Shown piece by piece: positions 14,253 to 29,475 of a stretch of 64,000 nt of DNA (position 1 is the stretch's first letter; each line of letters begins with the position of its first letter). The notes beneath the pieces were generated by a model. That model was not told the DNA's origin. It ran no database searches and saw only the letters and a list, made by a program, of their open reading frames with translations. The DNA is taken from positions 2,046,001-2,110,000 of the forward strand of contig CM022671.1 in assembly GCA_012295275.1 (NCBI GenBank). Reading direction: 5' to 3'. A program made the translations under genes and the position numbers. This DNA is from Chrysomallon squamiferum. Taxonomy: Eukaryota > Animalia > Mollusca.

Positions 14253-14855
14253 TCATGGATTTAACTGCTTACATAAATGAACAGTATCATCATTATTAGA
14301 ATTAGCAATAACGTCTAACATGTATTCAAACGAACAAGGTTGTTTACAGTTTGATTCTTGCTTGGAAACTTTCTTTGTACTGCAATAGAACAGGAACAGA
14401 TTATTTAGCGGTATTGAAATAACAAAAATACATCAAAATGCAAACAAAAAGGAACCGAGATAGCGAAAGAAATATAAAATAATACTCATACAGCGAAAAT
14501 AATAAGACTATTGACCGAAATCTATAGCAGTTTTAGAGTACGACCAAAAGGGAATTCGACCTATTGGGAGTAAGCCATACCTAGAGGTGCATGCGTTTCC
14601 AACATAGAGATTCAGAACATTACAGTGCAGATACTACATTAATTTGAAATACACTTACCTGTGATTAAAAGCTGTTAGCAATCTTGAGAAAAACGATCGA
14701 AAATGTGTAAGACGAATTTTCTTCCTGTTCCTGGAATTAGAATTAAAAAAATAATAATAATAAATTAGCGATACAGATGAGGAGAGAGAATGATCGAAAC
14801 AGTTCGACACAGAGAATTAGAATTAGAGCACAAATAGATAGACAGACAGACAGAC

Positions 14856-14898
<43 letters not shown>

Positions 14899-14901
14899 TA
14901 T

Positions 14902-14978
<77 letters not shown>

Positions 14979-15022
14979 AAGATCGATCGATAGATAGACA
15001 GAGAGACAGACAGACAGATAGA

Positions 15023-15070
<48 letters not shown>

Positions 15071-15097
15071 TAGATAGATAGATAGATAGATATATAT

Positions 15098-15186
<89 letters not shown>

Positions 15187-15262
15187 TAGATAGATAGATC
15201 GATAGATAGATAGACAGAAAATGTGAATTAGAATTAGAGCACAAATAGATAGACAGACAGAC

Positions 15263-15317
<55 letters not shown>

Positions 15318-15412
15318 TATACAGACAGACAGACAGATCGACAGACAGACAGACAGACAGACAGATAGATAGATAGATAGACAGAGAGACAGACAGATAG
15401 ATAGATAGATAT

Positions 15413-15445
<33 letters not shown>

Positions 15446-15452
15446 TAGACAT

Positions 15453-15525
<73 letters not shown>

Positions 15526-15622
15526 TAGATAGATAGATCGATAGATAGACAGACAGACAGACAGATAGATAGATAGATATACAGACAGACAGACAGACAG
15601 AGAGACAGACAGACAGACAGAC

Positions 15623-15673
<51 letters not shown>

Positions 15674-15694
15674 CAGACATACAGACAGAGAGAC

Positions 15695-15729
<35 letters not shown>

Positions 15730-17131
15730 TAGATGTAGAGAGAGACGCGGGTAGACACATATATGCAGAGAGACATATTGGTTATAGATAGAGATACCGG
15801 TTTTTTTCTATTCCAGAAGTGGCTGTACAGTTAGTTTTTATAATGATAAAATAAACATATTTGTAACCTGCACTTTAATAGCATCACTTATGTTGTTAAG
15901 AACCGTGCAGATAATAAGAGAGAAAACCCGAACTACATCTTGATGGACTACTCTTTTTCTATTAAAATTAAGGATTATTTTGAATACAGTCCAGTAGACT
16001 ATAGAATTCACATCCAAGTCGTCTTAGTGAATTATTCGTAAGGTATTCACTGGAATAGAAAATGGCCGAACAGGTTAAAAAGTGTATGATTTACAAAATT
16101 CTTATTTTGTTAGAAAATAACAGAAAAATGTATACCTGTAACAACAGTATAAAGAAATAACGAGCATGCCGATGCTGATAGTGATGCCGATCCCAAATCC
16201 AACTCCTTTGCAGAAATCGGAAGATAATTTTGTAGAACCAGCAGCATCTGCAAATACGAGGAAGGCAGACTAAAGTTTGAATGGTTAAATATAGATTTTT
16301 CATATTATATGTTCAATGAACACGGTTGATTCTACCTTCTGCGAATACTATTTTATTCCTCTCTTTACATTTATTTTATACATCAGTGAACAATAATTAT
16401 TTAGGCTTTATCGTTCGGGATAAAATACCTCTCTGCTGATATGTATTCCTTTATTGTACATCCATTATGAATTAGAATTATTTTGCACCTCATGTACAAC
16501 TCTGCATGTAGTAACTACACGTTTGTTTAAACTGAACAGTTACTATACACCATAACTATACTCATATTTATTAGTTTCCTACATTACGATATTTTTATTT
16601 ATTAAAATCCAGAAAATTAGAAGCAACTAGAATAGTAATGGTAGTAATGGTAATAATAATATTCATCAATATCATTTTCATGGTAATGATGATCATCATC
16701 ATCAACATCATGGTATTCAACATTGTTTTATGTAACTAAATGATAATCCATCACTGAATAATAATTTTATAAAGTAACTTACTAATGATGGTGGAGATAG
16801 GTGTTGTAGGATTTCGAATGGTTCCTTCATTAATGCAATCACCCTGAGCGTCACATGTCAGGTTACAGTGGTGACAGGGAAATGAACAGTGAGTTCCAAA
16901 ATAACCATCTTTGCATTGTCGAAAACAATGTCCAGTCACGCGATCACATTTGAGACAGAACTCAGGACATCTTCGTCTACAATGGTCACCGTACCATCCA
17001 TCTTCACATCCACTTTGACAAACTGCTGAAGAATTTACACGTTGTTTATAGTCTCCGGGTACTTTACAGTGAGGTTCCAGTACAGAATACACGGATGTTA
17101 CAGTAAAGAGTAAGAGGAGAAGAACTCCCAT
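14253..17131 (-). CDS. R1: subfamily-1 EGF-like single-pass receptor, intact 219-aa model
   Basis: Exons: 16783-17131 (signal [16 protein letters not shown], Cys-rich CEDGWYG/CKDGYFG repeats, Thr stalk), 16136-16247 ([25 protein letters not shown]), 14659-14730 (RNRKKIR..), 14253-14379 (..EYMLDVI..LNP*). All introns GT-AG with phases 1/2/2; 660 nt open. The last two exons are less certain. Confidence 0.8.
14836..15733. repeat. Compound (GATA)n/(GACA)n microsatellite in an R1 intron
   Basis: About 900 bp of tetranucleotide repeat. The flank GAATTAGAATTAGAGCACAAATAG at ~14814 recurs at ~15226, indicating an internal duplication. This explains the spurious 331-aa and 180-aa ORFs. Confidence 0.97.
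15880..16075 (-). mobile_element. Decayed tRNA-derived SINE-like element; homologous copies at ~25575-25770, ~43900-44050 and ~53320-53510
   Basis: Related blocks (AGAGAAAA(C/T)CCG..CT(A/T)CT(C/G)TTT..ACAT..GAAA(A)T(A/G)GC) lie just downstream of the TM exon in R1, R2, R5 and R7. They resemble a recalled gastropod SINE and the plus-strand copy at ~61630. Confidence 0.55.
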
Positions 17132-17553
17132 GTTTTTACACTTTTTCTTTATACTCCTGAAACAGCAAACTACCAAAGTTAATGAAACGCGGTAAATGAG
17201 AAAGAAAGATATGTTTTTTTGTTTTTTTTCTTTTATGTTATATTATTTCGTTCATTCGCTCATCTGCTGTCAAATAATTATAGTTAATTTTTAACTGATT
17301 ACATAATTACTAATTCCGTCTTCTCCTAATTAATATTCACAACTTGTTTAAATCTTGTCACTGTAGGACACAGGATGCAAAGTTTCCTAAAATAAAATAG
17401 TCTTAATTAGTTGTTAATATCCACTATCTTCTAGTAAATATATAATATGTATTTTTTATTTCAGTGACACCTGACAATAAAAGACGACATGATAAATTAT
17501 TTGTAAACTAATGTTGCCATCCAGCCTAATAACATGAAACACATAAAACATTG

Positions 17554-17585
<32 letters not shown>

Positions 17586-17654
17586 AAAGGAAATCTTACA
17601 AATAATTTTTTGACATTTAATACAGTGATTAAAAACGTAAATGAATAAAAATTT

Positions 17655-17695
<41 letters not shown>

Positions 17696-17911
17696 ATTTA
17701 GAAAAAGAAAAGATGGTAATCACTGATAGAAGTAATACTAAATCTAAAAATAAATAAATAGGTTATTACATTTTAAAAAATTGAAACAAATAAAAACAAG
17801 GCCAAAAAATGCTATGTTTTGTCACTCATTATTAAAATCAGTTATATATTTCAAGAAAATATTTAAAAAAAAAAATCTAGCATTACTGTATGCATTTCTA
17901 GTATGATTTAC

Positions 17912-17943
<32 letters not shown>

Positions 17944-19071
17944 CGTTCTGTTAAAGAAATAGGAGTTACATTACATCTTTCTGTTTTCAATATTTATTAA
18001 AGGAAGGTTACCATCTCTAAAGCTGGGAAAAACTTTGGGAATACTTGACTATATAATTCAGATACAAACCTTTCTTAAACTGTGTAATCTAATTATATCA
18101 CCATATAACAGATTTCCATAGTTCCATAAAAATTAAATCAAACTTGTTCGTCGCTTGGTTTTAGAATGTCTCTGAAAGTCATACCTAACGTTGCCGATTT
18201 TTAAAATCCGTTCTCAATATGTAAAATAATATAGGTGTTTCAGTTCTCATATTAATTAATATATACTAACCTTGATAAAAAAAAAAAAAAAAAAAAAACC
18301 CAGTGAGTCAGAACTGTTACTAATTCCTGTAATTCAAATAGTTTTTTCTTCATACATAGCTAAGACGAAGTTTCGCTGTTCTTTGCACTAACGTGTAGTG
18401 TGCACATGGCTAATAACTGATATATAAACAACTATAATTATTTCCTTAAGGTAGTCACATGTTTATATCACGTTCTGTGTTCAGAGCGACATAAAGGGTA
18501 TTTTGACATTGAAGTCAGTTCTTAGCGTTAACTCCCTTTATGATGTCCGCTGTTGGATATATTGTTCACGCTGAGATGTTCTTAAACATTCATTCATTTC
18601 ATTAAAAGTAATTCGGGGGAAATATTTCAGTATTTAAAAGAAAAGGTGTTTACTCGTTTCAGCTTTCAAATCAGAAAGAGAAAAGAAACAAACAAATAAT
18701 TATATAATGTCATCTGAGATAATGTACATGTATGTTTATGGTTATGTATCTACCAACAAATGTATTTATATGTGAACATATATAAGCAAGTACGTATGTG
18801 TGTATGTACGTGCGAAAGTACATTAAATAAATAATTCAATGAAGTATAGTAACAGATTTTTGAAATATTATATAGTAACTAGATAATGTATATATATATA
18901 TTATCAAATCAGTAAACTGCAGTGTGTAAGAAATGTTTAATTTTAGGTTTAATATTTTAAAAAATGTATAAATAATAATAACTAAATAATATAAAAAGGA
19001 AGTAATGTAAAAATGAAGCAAACACAGAAAAATAAGTTTAGAATCGAAGGGGATTAAAATGCGTTACTTAC

Positions 19072-19270
19072 TGTCGCCAAGTTAGAACACGACGTAATAG
19101 CTAATATAACCAAAAATTGGTATGAGTTTAACTGTCAGATATTTCTGTTTACGAAACAAAATATTAAAAGCACCTATTCGACGTGTTTCGCAGGTCGGTT
19201 CATTAACGACCAATAGCGGTGTGGTAACTCCGCGACAAGAATTTCCGAGATTTGTACGGTTGGCTAACTT
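19072..19270 (-). promoter_or_regulatory. Candidate promoter and non-coding first exon of R1
   Basis: CpG-rich patch with GACCAATAG (~19209-19217). It ends in a perfect GTAAGT donor (GT at 19070-19071) upstream of the R1 acceptor (AG at 17157-17158). Confidence 0.4.
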
Positions 19271-19689
19271 CAATAGTTATTATTTTGCTTACGTGTATAT
19301 ATGCGTGCACAGACCTCCAGTAAGCAGATTATAGATAAACAACTAACAAAAGGTCCATTGTTGGTATAATGATCGGAAAAAGACATTTTCTGAGGACTCG
19401 ATGAATATTTCCATATTAAAAAAAAAAAAAAAAAAAAAAAAAGGCTCAATTCTATTTTCTGATCAAGAAATCACTTTTATATAATAAACTTCTGATACCC
19501 TAAAATTATTTATTTATTTATTTTTATTTATTTTACTTTGTTTTTGTTCATTATTTCTAAATATATTTTGTAGAACTTGCATATGGTTGTTTTCCTTTTT
19601 CTGTTTTAGTTTTTTATTTACTTTGTAACAACACATTTCTTCATGTTTTTAACACTGTAGCTGGGTGGTGTTTGTTTTTATCATCATCA

Positions 19690-19746
<57 letters not shown>

Positions 19747-19811
19747 ATTTATAAATTATTTGTTAAATAGTGCTAATACATTTTATTCTTCTTCTTCTTC
19801 TTCTTCTTCTT

Positions 19812-19881
<70 letters not shown>

Positions 19882-20094
19882 GGTCTTCCAATAACATTAC
19901 AGTTTTTAATCCCTATTTTATCATTTTTGGTACAAGTATATAGAGTTTTTTTATTCTATATATTCTACATTTAATCTGGATATTAAAATGTATCTTTAAG
20001 TTTCTTCTATAATAATAATAAATAAATAAATAAATAAATAAAATAAATAAATAATAATAAAATAATAATAATAATAATTAATTAAAAAGTAAAA

Positions 20095-20126
<32 letters not shown>

Positions 20127-20977
20127 AAAAAGCCAAAATAAAATATAAAAAATAAATAAAATAAAATAAATAATGATAATACAATTATTGCTATTGTTAT
20201 AATTAAGTAAATAAGTTGATTATTTTGCTGTCTGTTATACTGAGTGGCTATAAATAAAATAATAAAAGACAGGATTTAATTAATAGGTTCTCTGGCCTCT
20301 GATATAGAGAATTTATATACAATCTTAGCGTCTTGTGTGTTTTAGCTTATAAATGTGTTAATTCACTAAAGAAAGATTGTATATGCTTATTTTTCTGCTG
20401 TAAGTCATATGATATGTGTTATTTATGACCGCTTAGTAAAATATATTAGCATAATTATATGGAAGAACAAGATAATTTTAACTGTTACAAACCTAATAAT
20501 GTGTTGCTATTTAAGGTCTCTTTTTATTTTTATATATTTTTTTATCTTTAATTCCTATTATTGTTCTGTTTTCTTTTCTTTCATTCATTGCTTATTATTT
20601 ACACATTTATAATTATATTTTTGTAACCTTTCTAAATGCTAAAACAACTTATTTATTTATTTATTTATTTATTTATTATCATCATGAATAACATTATTAT
20701 CATCATCATCTTCATCATAATTATTATTTTTATTATGACCTACATTATTATTATTGTCATTATTGTTATCATCATCATTATTATTTTTAGTTATCGATGC
20801 TAGTGAACAAATTATTCATGTAAAATAAAGCTGGTGTTAGACACAATAATATAGTTTCCAGTTTTACAAGTTTGCTCTACATATTCAGAATACGATTTAC
20901 AATCTGTCATTATTGTGCAAATATATAAATACTTATATTATATTATTTTATTTTATTTTATATTATTTCTATTATTA

Positions 20978-21020
<43 letters not shown>

Positions 21021-22537
21021 GTAGTAGTAGTAGTAGTTAGTAGTAGTATACATATTATTATTATTATTTATTTTATTTTTATTTTATTTTTTTATTTTTT
21101 TTGACATATTATAAACGTTGATATCAGGCTCATAATCAGATTATTCTAGTCAAGAACAAAAAATCTATTCATCGCCTCAATAACGGTCATTTCTGTGCAG
21201 TGGTCGTAATTCCACGAGAAGAAAGATTTCTAACATAAGAAATACGCCTTTGTTTATATACTGAATAGACGTAAAACATTTCATGAGAATGTGAACGTGA
21301 TCGTATAAGGTAATTTGATAGCTGACGTAATGATTTTAGATCACGCGATTTTTCACGACTAATTAAATAAATAAAAAAGTAAATTATTCTGTGTTTTACG
21401 ATTTCAAACAAGATTATTAAACTGATTCCCTTAGTCGTGTTAAAACTATCGTAAACATTTTTTTCTTTTAAATTCAAATTCACTATAATGATTATTATTA
21501 AAACAAAAAAGTTTTGTTTTTATTATTAAATTTTATTTATTTATTTATTTGGAAGTAGTAACAGCTGTAGCTGTTGCTGTACTATGTTATTGTGATGTTT
21601 TTATTGAAAAAGCCATTCATCACGATGCATTAAATAGAAATTTGATAATTTTAGCAGCGAGACGACTAGATAGAGTTTTCATATATCTTTTTCTAAAAAT
21701 TCATGTAATTAGTATTGTGTATAAATGACTTTTTAAAAATCTTTGTTGAAGTATTATCTTTAGAAACATGATTTAACAAGGAAGACTAAGTTGTAAGTTC
21801 AACCTGGTATTTTTCTTCGTCATCTAAAATAAAGAAAAATGTCTTAAATTGCAATGTCGAAACGTTTAACGCTTATTAAATTAGTTACTTTCCATTAACT
21901 AAATATTTTATATTTTAAGTTGTGTAGAACGTTCGTTTTCGATATTCCAAACAGTATCTTTATAACTGTGTAAAGCAATGATGAGATAAATAAAAATAAA
22001 TAAACAAAAGTAGATATTTTTTATATAAAAATACGACTGACCAATTGTATATAATTTTAAATTTCATTTATTTTGATATAAATAATGAATCTAAAAATTC
22101 AAATTCGTAAACCTTTTGTTACTCATAATATATATGTCTGTATTTATTATCAGTAATCCGTTTTGAAATTATGAATTCCAAAAAATAAATCCTGAAAATT
22201 ACGTGTTTTAAAAAAATAACAATCACAAAAACAAACTGAGGAAGATTATAAAAACAACAACAACATGGAAATTTGATATAACCGAGAGAAACAGATTAAC
22301 AATAAAAAGTACCATGGAACTATCGACAACTGATATTATTTGTATGCAGATTAAAATAGTTAAATTTAAATCGTGTAAAGTTACGTTTCCAAATCTGATT
22401 ACGTTTTTGGTTATCAAGACCAGGTTATGATTTTTCAAATGTTTTCTAAATGATTTTGTTGATGTAGAAGTAATAGTTGTTAGAATCATCATGGATTTAA
22501 CTAATTAGATCAACAAGTAGTATCATCATCAGTAGCA

Positions 22538-22619
22538 TTAGCACTTAATATCTAATATGTATTCATGGGAAGAAACTGATCCCCGTGTAGAATTTGATAC
22601 TTGTTCGTAAACGTTTTTC
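22538..22619 (-). CDS. Orphan or alternative terminal exon (type-1 tail) downstream of R2
   Basis: TTTATTTACAG acceptor, phase 2. Encodes KNVYEQVSNSTRGSVSSHEYILDIKC*, homologous to the last exons of R1 and R7. Confidence 0.5.
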
Positions 22620-23272
22620 CTGTAAATAAAAAGTAGTTTGTGTCAACCTTTCAGCAGACGCGTATTTAAGGTAAGGAAAGTATGGACGTGTCCTGGATGA
22701 CACTTGAATGGGTGTGTCACAAAGCAATTTGTATTAATTTTAACTGGTATTTTTTATCTGACTTCATGGTAAAGTTATCTGAAAGAAGGTGTCTAATGTT
22801 TAAACAGCAGCGTAGATATACCCCTGCCATTTACTAGTGCAAAAATGTAGGAATTCAAAGAAAAAAGAAAAAATAGAAATAAATAATAGAAATGAACGAA
22901 TGAACGAACAAATGAACAGCATGCAAACAAACAAACAAATTAACAAATAATGAAATAACAATTGACATCAGAAAAATTAAATAATTTATTAATAATAGTA
23001 TTGTTATAATTAATTATATAAATAAGTAAATAGTAACAATATCAGTAGCATTATCATTAGTATCTAATCGTTTAGTATCTAATAAATTAAATAAGAAATA
23101 AATTAATACAAACAAACAAACATCCAAATAAATAACAACTAAAAGAATGTGAAACCAAACTTGTCGATAATAACTATATCTATACATTGTTAAAAGCAAC
23201 TATATTTATTTGACGACATTTCGATAGCTTGAAATATTTCTATGACTATTAATTTAGTGTGTATCGCTTTAC

Positions 23273-23330
<58 letters not shown>

Positions 23331-23445
23331 CCTAAAATATTCCTCTGAGTACGAAAGGGGAAAGCATTTTTTTTCTTATGCTGTCTTTTTTCATTCTATT
23401 TTCTTTTTTTTTTTTTTTTTTTTTTCTTTTTTTTTTTCTCGTTTG

Positions 23446-23674
23446 TTATGAAAGTTCAGCAATAAAAACATCTTCTACTATAGGATGCAAATCATCTGTT
23501 TTTTTGAAACATAACGGAATTTGTTGAGAGTTTTTTGATGAAATGTCTGAGAAACTCTCTAACTGAGATTCATTAATTTGATCATAGTGATCAGTAACCG
23601 TTGATGTGTTATCAGACAAAGAAACTGATTCAGGTGCTGAATTCGGTTCTTTATGTTGAGCGTTCTTCCATTTC
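23446..23674 (-). CDS. Orphan or alternative terminal exon (type-2 tail) downstream of R2
   Basis: TTTGTTACAG acceptor, phase 2, open to TAA: KWKNAQHKEPNSAPESV..DHYDQI..IPLCFKKTDDLHPIVEDVFIAELS*. Near-identical to the R3 and R9 tail exons, with no matching TM exon of its own. Confidence 0.6.
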
Positions 23675-23950
23675 CTGTAACAAAATAAATATTCATTTAT
23701 CAGTCAATATTATATAGATTCTGTTGAAATCACACACAAAGAACTTTTAAGATAGGAAACATAAAGGAAATGGAAATGACACACAAATACACACATACAG
23801 TAACAGAAACACGTTTATGTAGAGAGATAAATAGAGAGACTGAGAGACAGGAAGAGCAAATAATCCATACAGCTAAAACAGCATTGGTATACATAAAAAC
23901 AAAAAAATAATAATAATAAAAAATAATAATAATACAACAACAACAACAAC

Positions 23951-24016
<66 letters not shown>

Positions 24017-24398
24017 TAAAATAGCAAAAAAAATAGAGTGGAAGATTATATTATTAATAACTTTAACAACAACAAAAAAGACAACTTTTTACATTTGCTA
24101 TAATATTTTTTTTATAATCGAAAAACAGATTAATAATAAAAAGTACGATATAACTTTCGACAACTGATATTTCTATGCAGATTAAAGTAGTTTGTATACG
24201 TTTGACACATAAATCTAGTAAAGTTATATTTCCAAATACATTTTTGGTTATCAAGACTCAGGTTATGATTTTTCCTAGGATTTTGTAAATGATTTTGTTG
24301 ATGTAGAAGTAATAGTTCTAGCTGTTACTATAATCATCATGTATTTAACTAATTACATCAACAAGTAGTATCATCATCAGTAGCATTAGCATTAATGT

Positions 24399-27377
24399 CT
24401 AATACGTATTCATGGGAAAAAACTGATTCCAGTGTAGAATTTGATACCTGTCCATAAAATTAAAAATTTTGTTTCTGTAATAAATAAATAATGACTATTG
24501 AATAAGAATCTATGGAAATTGTTACCATTGCATTTGATAAAACAGGAATAGGAAACTTTGTGGAATGGAAATAACAAAAGTACATAAACATGGAAACAAG
24601 CAGAGCGAGAGAAATATAAACAATACACAAACAGGAAATAATACAATATTTTATATAACTCAAAATACATACAAGAATCCACAGATGATGTTAAAATGAT
24701 GATAAAAGAGATGGCGTAAATGATGAATCCAATCATCTGACAACCACAGGGATTTTCCAACAATGATAATTATAATCATGTAATTGTTAGCGCTAAAATA
24801 AGCGAGATAGACATAAACTATTTTGTCTAATTTAACACTACTATCATACATAATATCCCTTGAAGCAACTTTCATTTCATTTTATATGCAAAAAGGTTCT
24901 TTTAGGACTAAAAGATGTTGTGAACAATGAAATTGCAGTATTGTCAGATGTAAAGTCAGTAAAACATATTTAATTAAAGTCAGAAATAACTATTAATGTC
25001 ATTAATGATATTGTTACGAGAGTAACATAAAAAAATGAAAACATTCAAACTGATTCAAAAATGTTTTGAAAGATGAATTCTCGGAAGTACTTGCATTTAT
25101 AAAAGTAATACTCTTAGTGCAGGATATTAGATTAATTTGAAACAGACTTGCCTATATGAATGAGAATTAGAAATTCCCGGAAAGAATATCGCACAATCGT
25201 TTTGTCTTCTTTTTCTGTAATTTGATAAAAATACAAATTAAATTAGTGATATAGATAGACAGAGGTAGATTAATGTTTAACAGATAAGCAGATAGACAGA
25301 GAGATAGACAGACAGATAGATATGCAGGTAGGAAGTAGGGAGACTAACAGGTAGATACAGTGATTAAAGATAGAAATAATAATACATGGAGAAACATAAA
25401 TATTGTGATTTTAGACATAGACAAACACTTGAAGATAGAGAGATAGACTGATTATAGATGGATAACCAGATGAAAATAGATACATACATCAGAAACACAG
25501 ATATTTTCTCTTCCATAATTGCCATACACTTGGCTTATTCAATAATAAAATAAACATATTTGCAATCTACACTTAACCTCTAAAGAATCGTGCAGATAAA
25601 AACAGAGAAAATCCGAATCACTTCTTGACTGACTTCTGTTTTTCAGCTATAAGTAAAGATTATTTTTTATAAAATTGTATATAGTTTGCTCACAGACAAT
25701 AAAATTAACATACAAAATCTCTTAATGAACTATTCGTGGAGCAATGATTACAGTGGGAAATAGCTAAACGAATTTAAGAATTTGTTTTTCATAATTATTT
25801 TCTTAGAAGATGCCATAGAAAATCTCATACCTATAACGAATAATCAAAAATATAATTAGCATGCAGATGCAGACGACGAAGCCGATGCCGATGCCAATGC
25901 CGATTGCATTTCTGTTGCCCAAGCCGCTATTATCAGATCTGATATAGCTGTCAGAGGATAATTTAGTCGAACTAGCATCTGCAAGTAATTTTAATGGATA
26001 ATTTAACTACGAGAAAGACAGAGTAAAGTTTAGGTTTATTTATACATGGTATTTTTTTAATGTGTAGGTTAGATTTTCACATTACTTATTCAACGAATAT
26101 GATTGATTCTACTTTCTGTGAATACTTACTTTGTATTCTTACAGAACAAGTATTATTTTTATACTTTCACTGTACACATATAAATTATTATATGCACGCT
26201 GTACATATAATAATTTTTTATACTCTATATACAAGTATTATTTTTTATACGTTCATTGTACATGTATTAATTTTTATACACTCACTACACATATTAATTT
26301 TTATATTATCATTGTACACATATTAATTTTTATACACTCACTACACATATTAATTTTCATATTATCATTGTACATGTATTAATTTTTCTACACTCACTGC
26401 ACATATTAATTTTTATACGCTCCCTGTGCACTTATTTTATGAACATATTGTACAGATAGCTCACTATACACTTATTACATACTTCATCACACACTTACTG
26501 CACACCTGTGTGTACACTTCACTGCACACGTTCTTATACATCATTTCAAACTTATTTTATACATTCACTATATATTTATTTTATGCTCTCACTTTATACA
26601 TATTTTATACTCTAACTGTACATATATTATATACATCCCAATACATGTATTTTAAACATTCCTTGCAGACCTTTTTCATACTTTTTATTGCAGGAACAGC
26701 AGTGGTATCAGTACAGCTAGTAATAGAAGTAGTTGTAGTTGTAGTTATCATTATTGTTATAATTAATTATATAAATAAGTAAATAGGAACAATATCAGTA
26801 GCATTATAAATTAATATCTAATCATTTAGTATCTAACAAATTAAATAAGAAATAAATTAACACAAACAAACAAATAAATAAATAAATTTATAAATAAATA
26901 AATTTATAAGTAAATAAATATGTAAATATATAAATAAATAAATAAATATATAAATTTATAAATAAATAATAAATGAATAAATAAATAAAAATTTAAAATT
27001 ATAATCTATGACTGAATAATAACACAGTAAAGTAACTCACAGATATATGCTGCTGGTGTTGTACTATTTCCAGTGGTTCCATTGTTAATACAGACACCAT
27101 CTGCGTCACACTGTGAACATTCCAAACACACAAATGAACAACTGACTCCAAAATAACCGTCTTTGCACTGTCCAGAACAGTTTCCAGTCACGCGATCACA
27201 TTTGAGACAGAACTCAGGACATCTTCGTCTACACTGGATTCCTTGCCATCCATCTTCACATCCACTTTGACAGAATGTGGAAGAATGCTGTTTATATTCA
27301 CCGGGTACTTTACAGTGAGGTTTCACTAAAGAATACACGGATGTTACAGTAAAGAGTAAGAGGAGAAGAACTCCCAT
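24399..27377 (-). CDS. R2: subfamily-1 EGF-like single-pass receptor
   Basis: Exons: 27041-27377 (signal, EGF-like repeats, stalk), 25831-25978 (TM AIGIGIGIGFVVCICMLIIFLII), 25152-25214 (GC donor GCAAGT), 24399-24474 (NKIFNFMDRYQILHW..*, read in a frame shifted relative to its paralogs). The terminal exon choice is uncertain. Confidence 0.75.
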
Positions 27378-27970
27378 GTTTTTACACCTTTTTTTCATAC
27401 TCCTGAAACAGCAAAATGTCAAGAAATGAAAGATGTGTTTCAATTAAGTTGTTCTATCTTCTTCTTTTTTTAAATTATTTGTCTGGGAATTCTATCGACT
27501 AATTACATTTAATTTTAAAGTTATTATTTTAATTTCAAATTCAGTTATCTCCTAATTAAAGTACCTAATTTGTTTAAATTTTGTCAGTGACAATAATCTC
27601 ATGAGATAACATGTTTTAATTAGTTGCTAATATCCACTTTCTTCTAATAATTAAATTGTATTGTTATTAAAGTGTCACTTTTATTTGCATAAAATGATAT
27701 TATGAAAAGAAAGCAGTAGTATAGTAATGTTAAACCAAATGTCTACCTCCGTACATATATATATAAAACCATACAAGTTTATCCTTCTGACGAACAAACT
27801 AACAAAAAAGAAAAGAAAAGAAGAGAAAACAGACGACAGTATAATTATATTTACATACTAGTTGCAAATACTCACAGAAACAACACGTGTTTATTGTAGC
27901 ATCAAGTCAGTAAGCTGTAATGTATAAGAAATTTTACTTATAATATACTAATTCTGCTGTAGTCAGTACA

Positions 27971-28018
<48 letters not shown>

Positions 28019-28095
28019 TAAATAATGTAAAACGTATATTCCTGTAACGAAACACCCAACAATAGCTCGTTTTGTTTAAGTGTTGGCTACCGTTA

Positions 28096-28199
<104 letters not shown>

Positions 28200-28831
28200 T
28201 TTTTATATTCGAACGAAATTAAATGGCATTAAGTTCGAAAAAGTGAAATAGATGATATACGAGTTTAGTTTTTAAGTAGTAAAGTAATGTTAATCTAAAG
28301 GTTTTTACCTTCATAAATATGAATATGAAGAAATGCATACACTTATATTCCTCTGTCGAAATAACTGTGTTTTCTAACCGGATCCTGGTATTAGTGTAAT
28401 CATTAAATATATCTACTTATGAAGCAGTAAGACACTATTCAAAGTAATTCACAGTCGTCTCAATAAAGCAATAGCTGTAACAACTGTGCACAAGAACGGC
28501 TTGCTCTGATTACCAGATTTTTATTTGATTTCAGTCAGTCAGTTAAGACGACAACGCTGACATTTTACTTGAGTGTATACATGCACAAACAGTCCTGTAA
28601 CGAAACACCTAACAAAAGGTCCTTTGTGTAAGTCAGGTTACCGTTACCACGTACGTATCTGATAACGTCTGCAGGTGACAGGCTACAAGTATGAATTCGA
28701 GTTCTGTTATGTCGTCCCCATAGTATTAATTAACGGGAATTCTTTTTTCTTTTTCTTTTTTTATTATTAATATTATAACAAATATAGAAGTACAATATTT
28801 GTTGTAAGGAACCCCCTTTTTTATGTATATA

Positions 28832-28865
<34 letters not shown>

Positions 28866-29409
28866 TGTGTTTTAAATATTGAGTAAATAAATAAACATAA
28901 TGAAATAAAAATAGCATTCATAAAAAAACTTTCAGTTAACAATTTACTTATTTTCAAGATAATAAAGAAGTAAAGACAAAGGAAGGAGAGAGAGAGAGAA
29001 CAATAACCACAACAAAAAAACCCACATTTACATATGTAAATATCTTGAATAAAAAAGTGGTTACTATGTAATTGACTAGTCTCCATGAAATATGATTAAA
29101 AAAATACAGCGAGAAAGATTAGAAGAAATAATAAAATACGGGGGATTAAAAAAAAGAATGAAAAGAATTAAGAAAGAAAAAGAAAAGAAAAAAGAGAGAC
29201 ACAAAAGAGTAAAGGAAGAAAGATTAAAGATGAATAAAGAATTTTAATATATTTACAAGACCTGCAAAAACATAACTGTCATTCATATAATGTATTACAC
29301 TGATTGTTATATAAACGTAATGAAAATAGTATTCAATAGAGAAAGAAAGAAATGAATTATCATTATTATTATTACTATTATTATTATTATTATTATTATC
29401 ATTATAATG

Positions 29410-29475
<66 letters not shown>

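Noticed and set aside
14765-15776. 331-aa and 180-aa ORFs (LSVC/LSIY repeats)
   Set aside because: They are translations of the GATA/GACA microsatellite inside an R1 intron.
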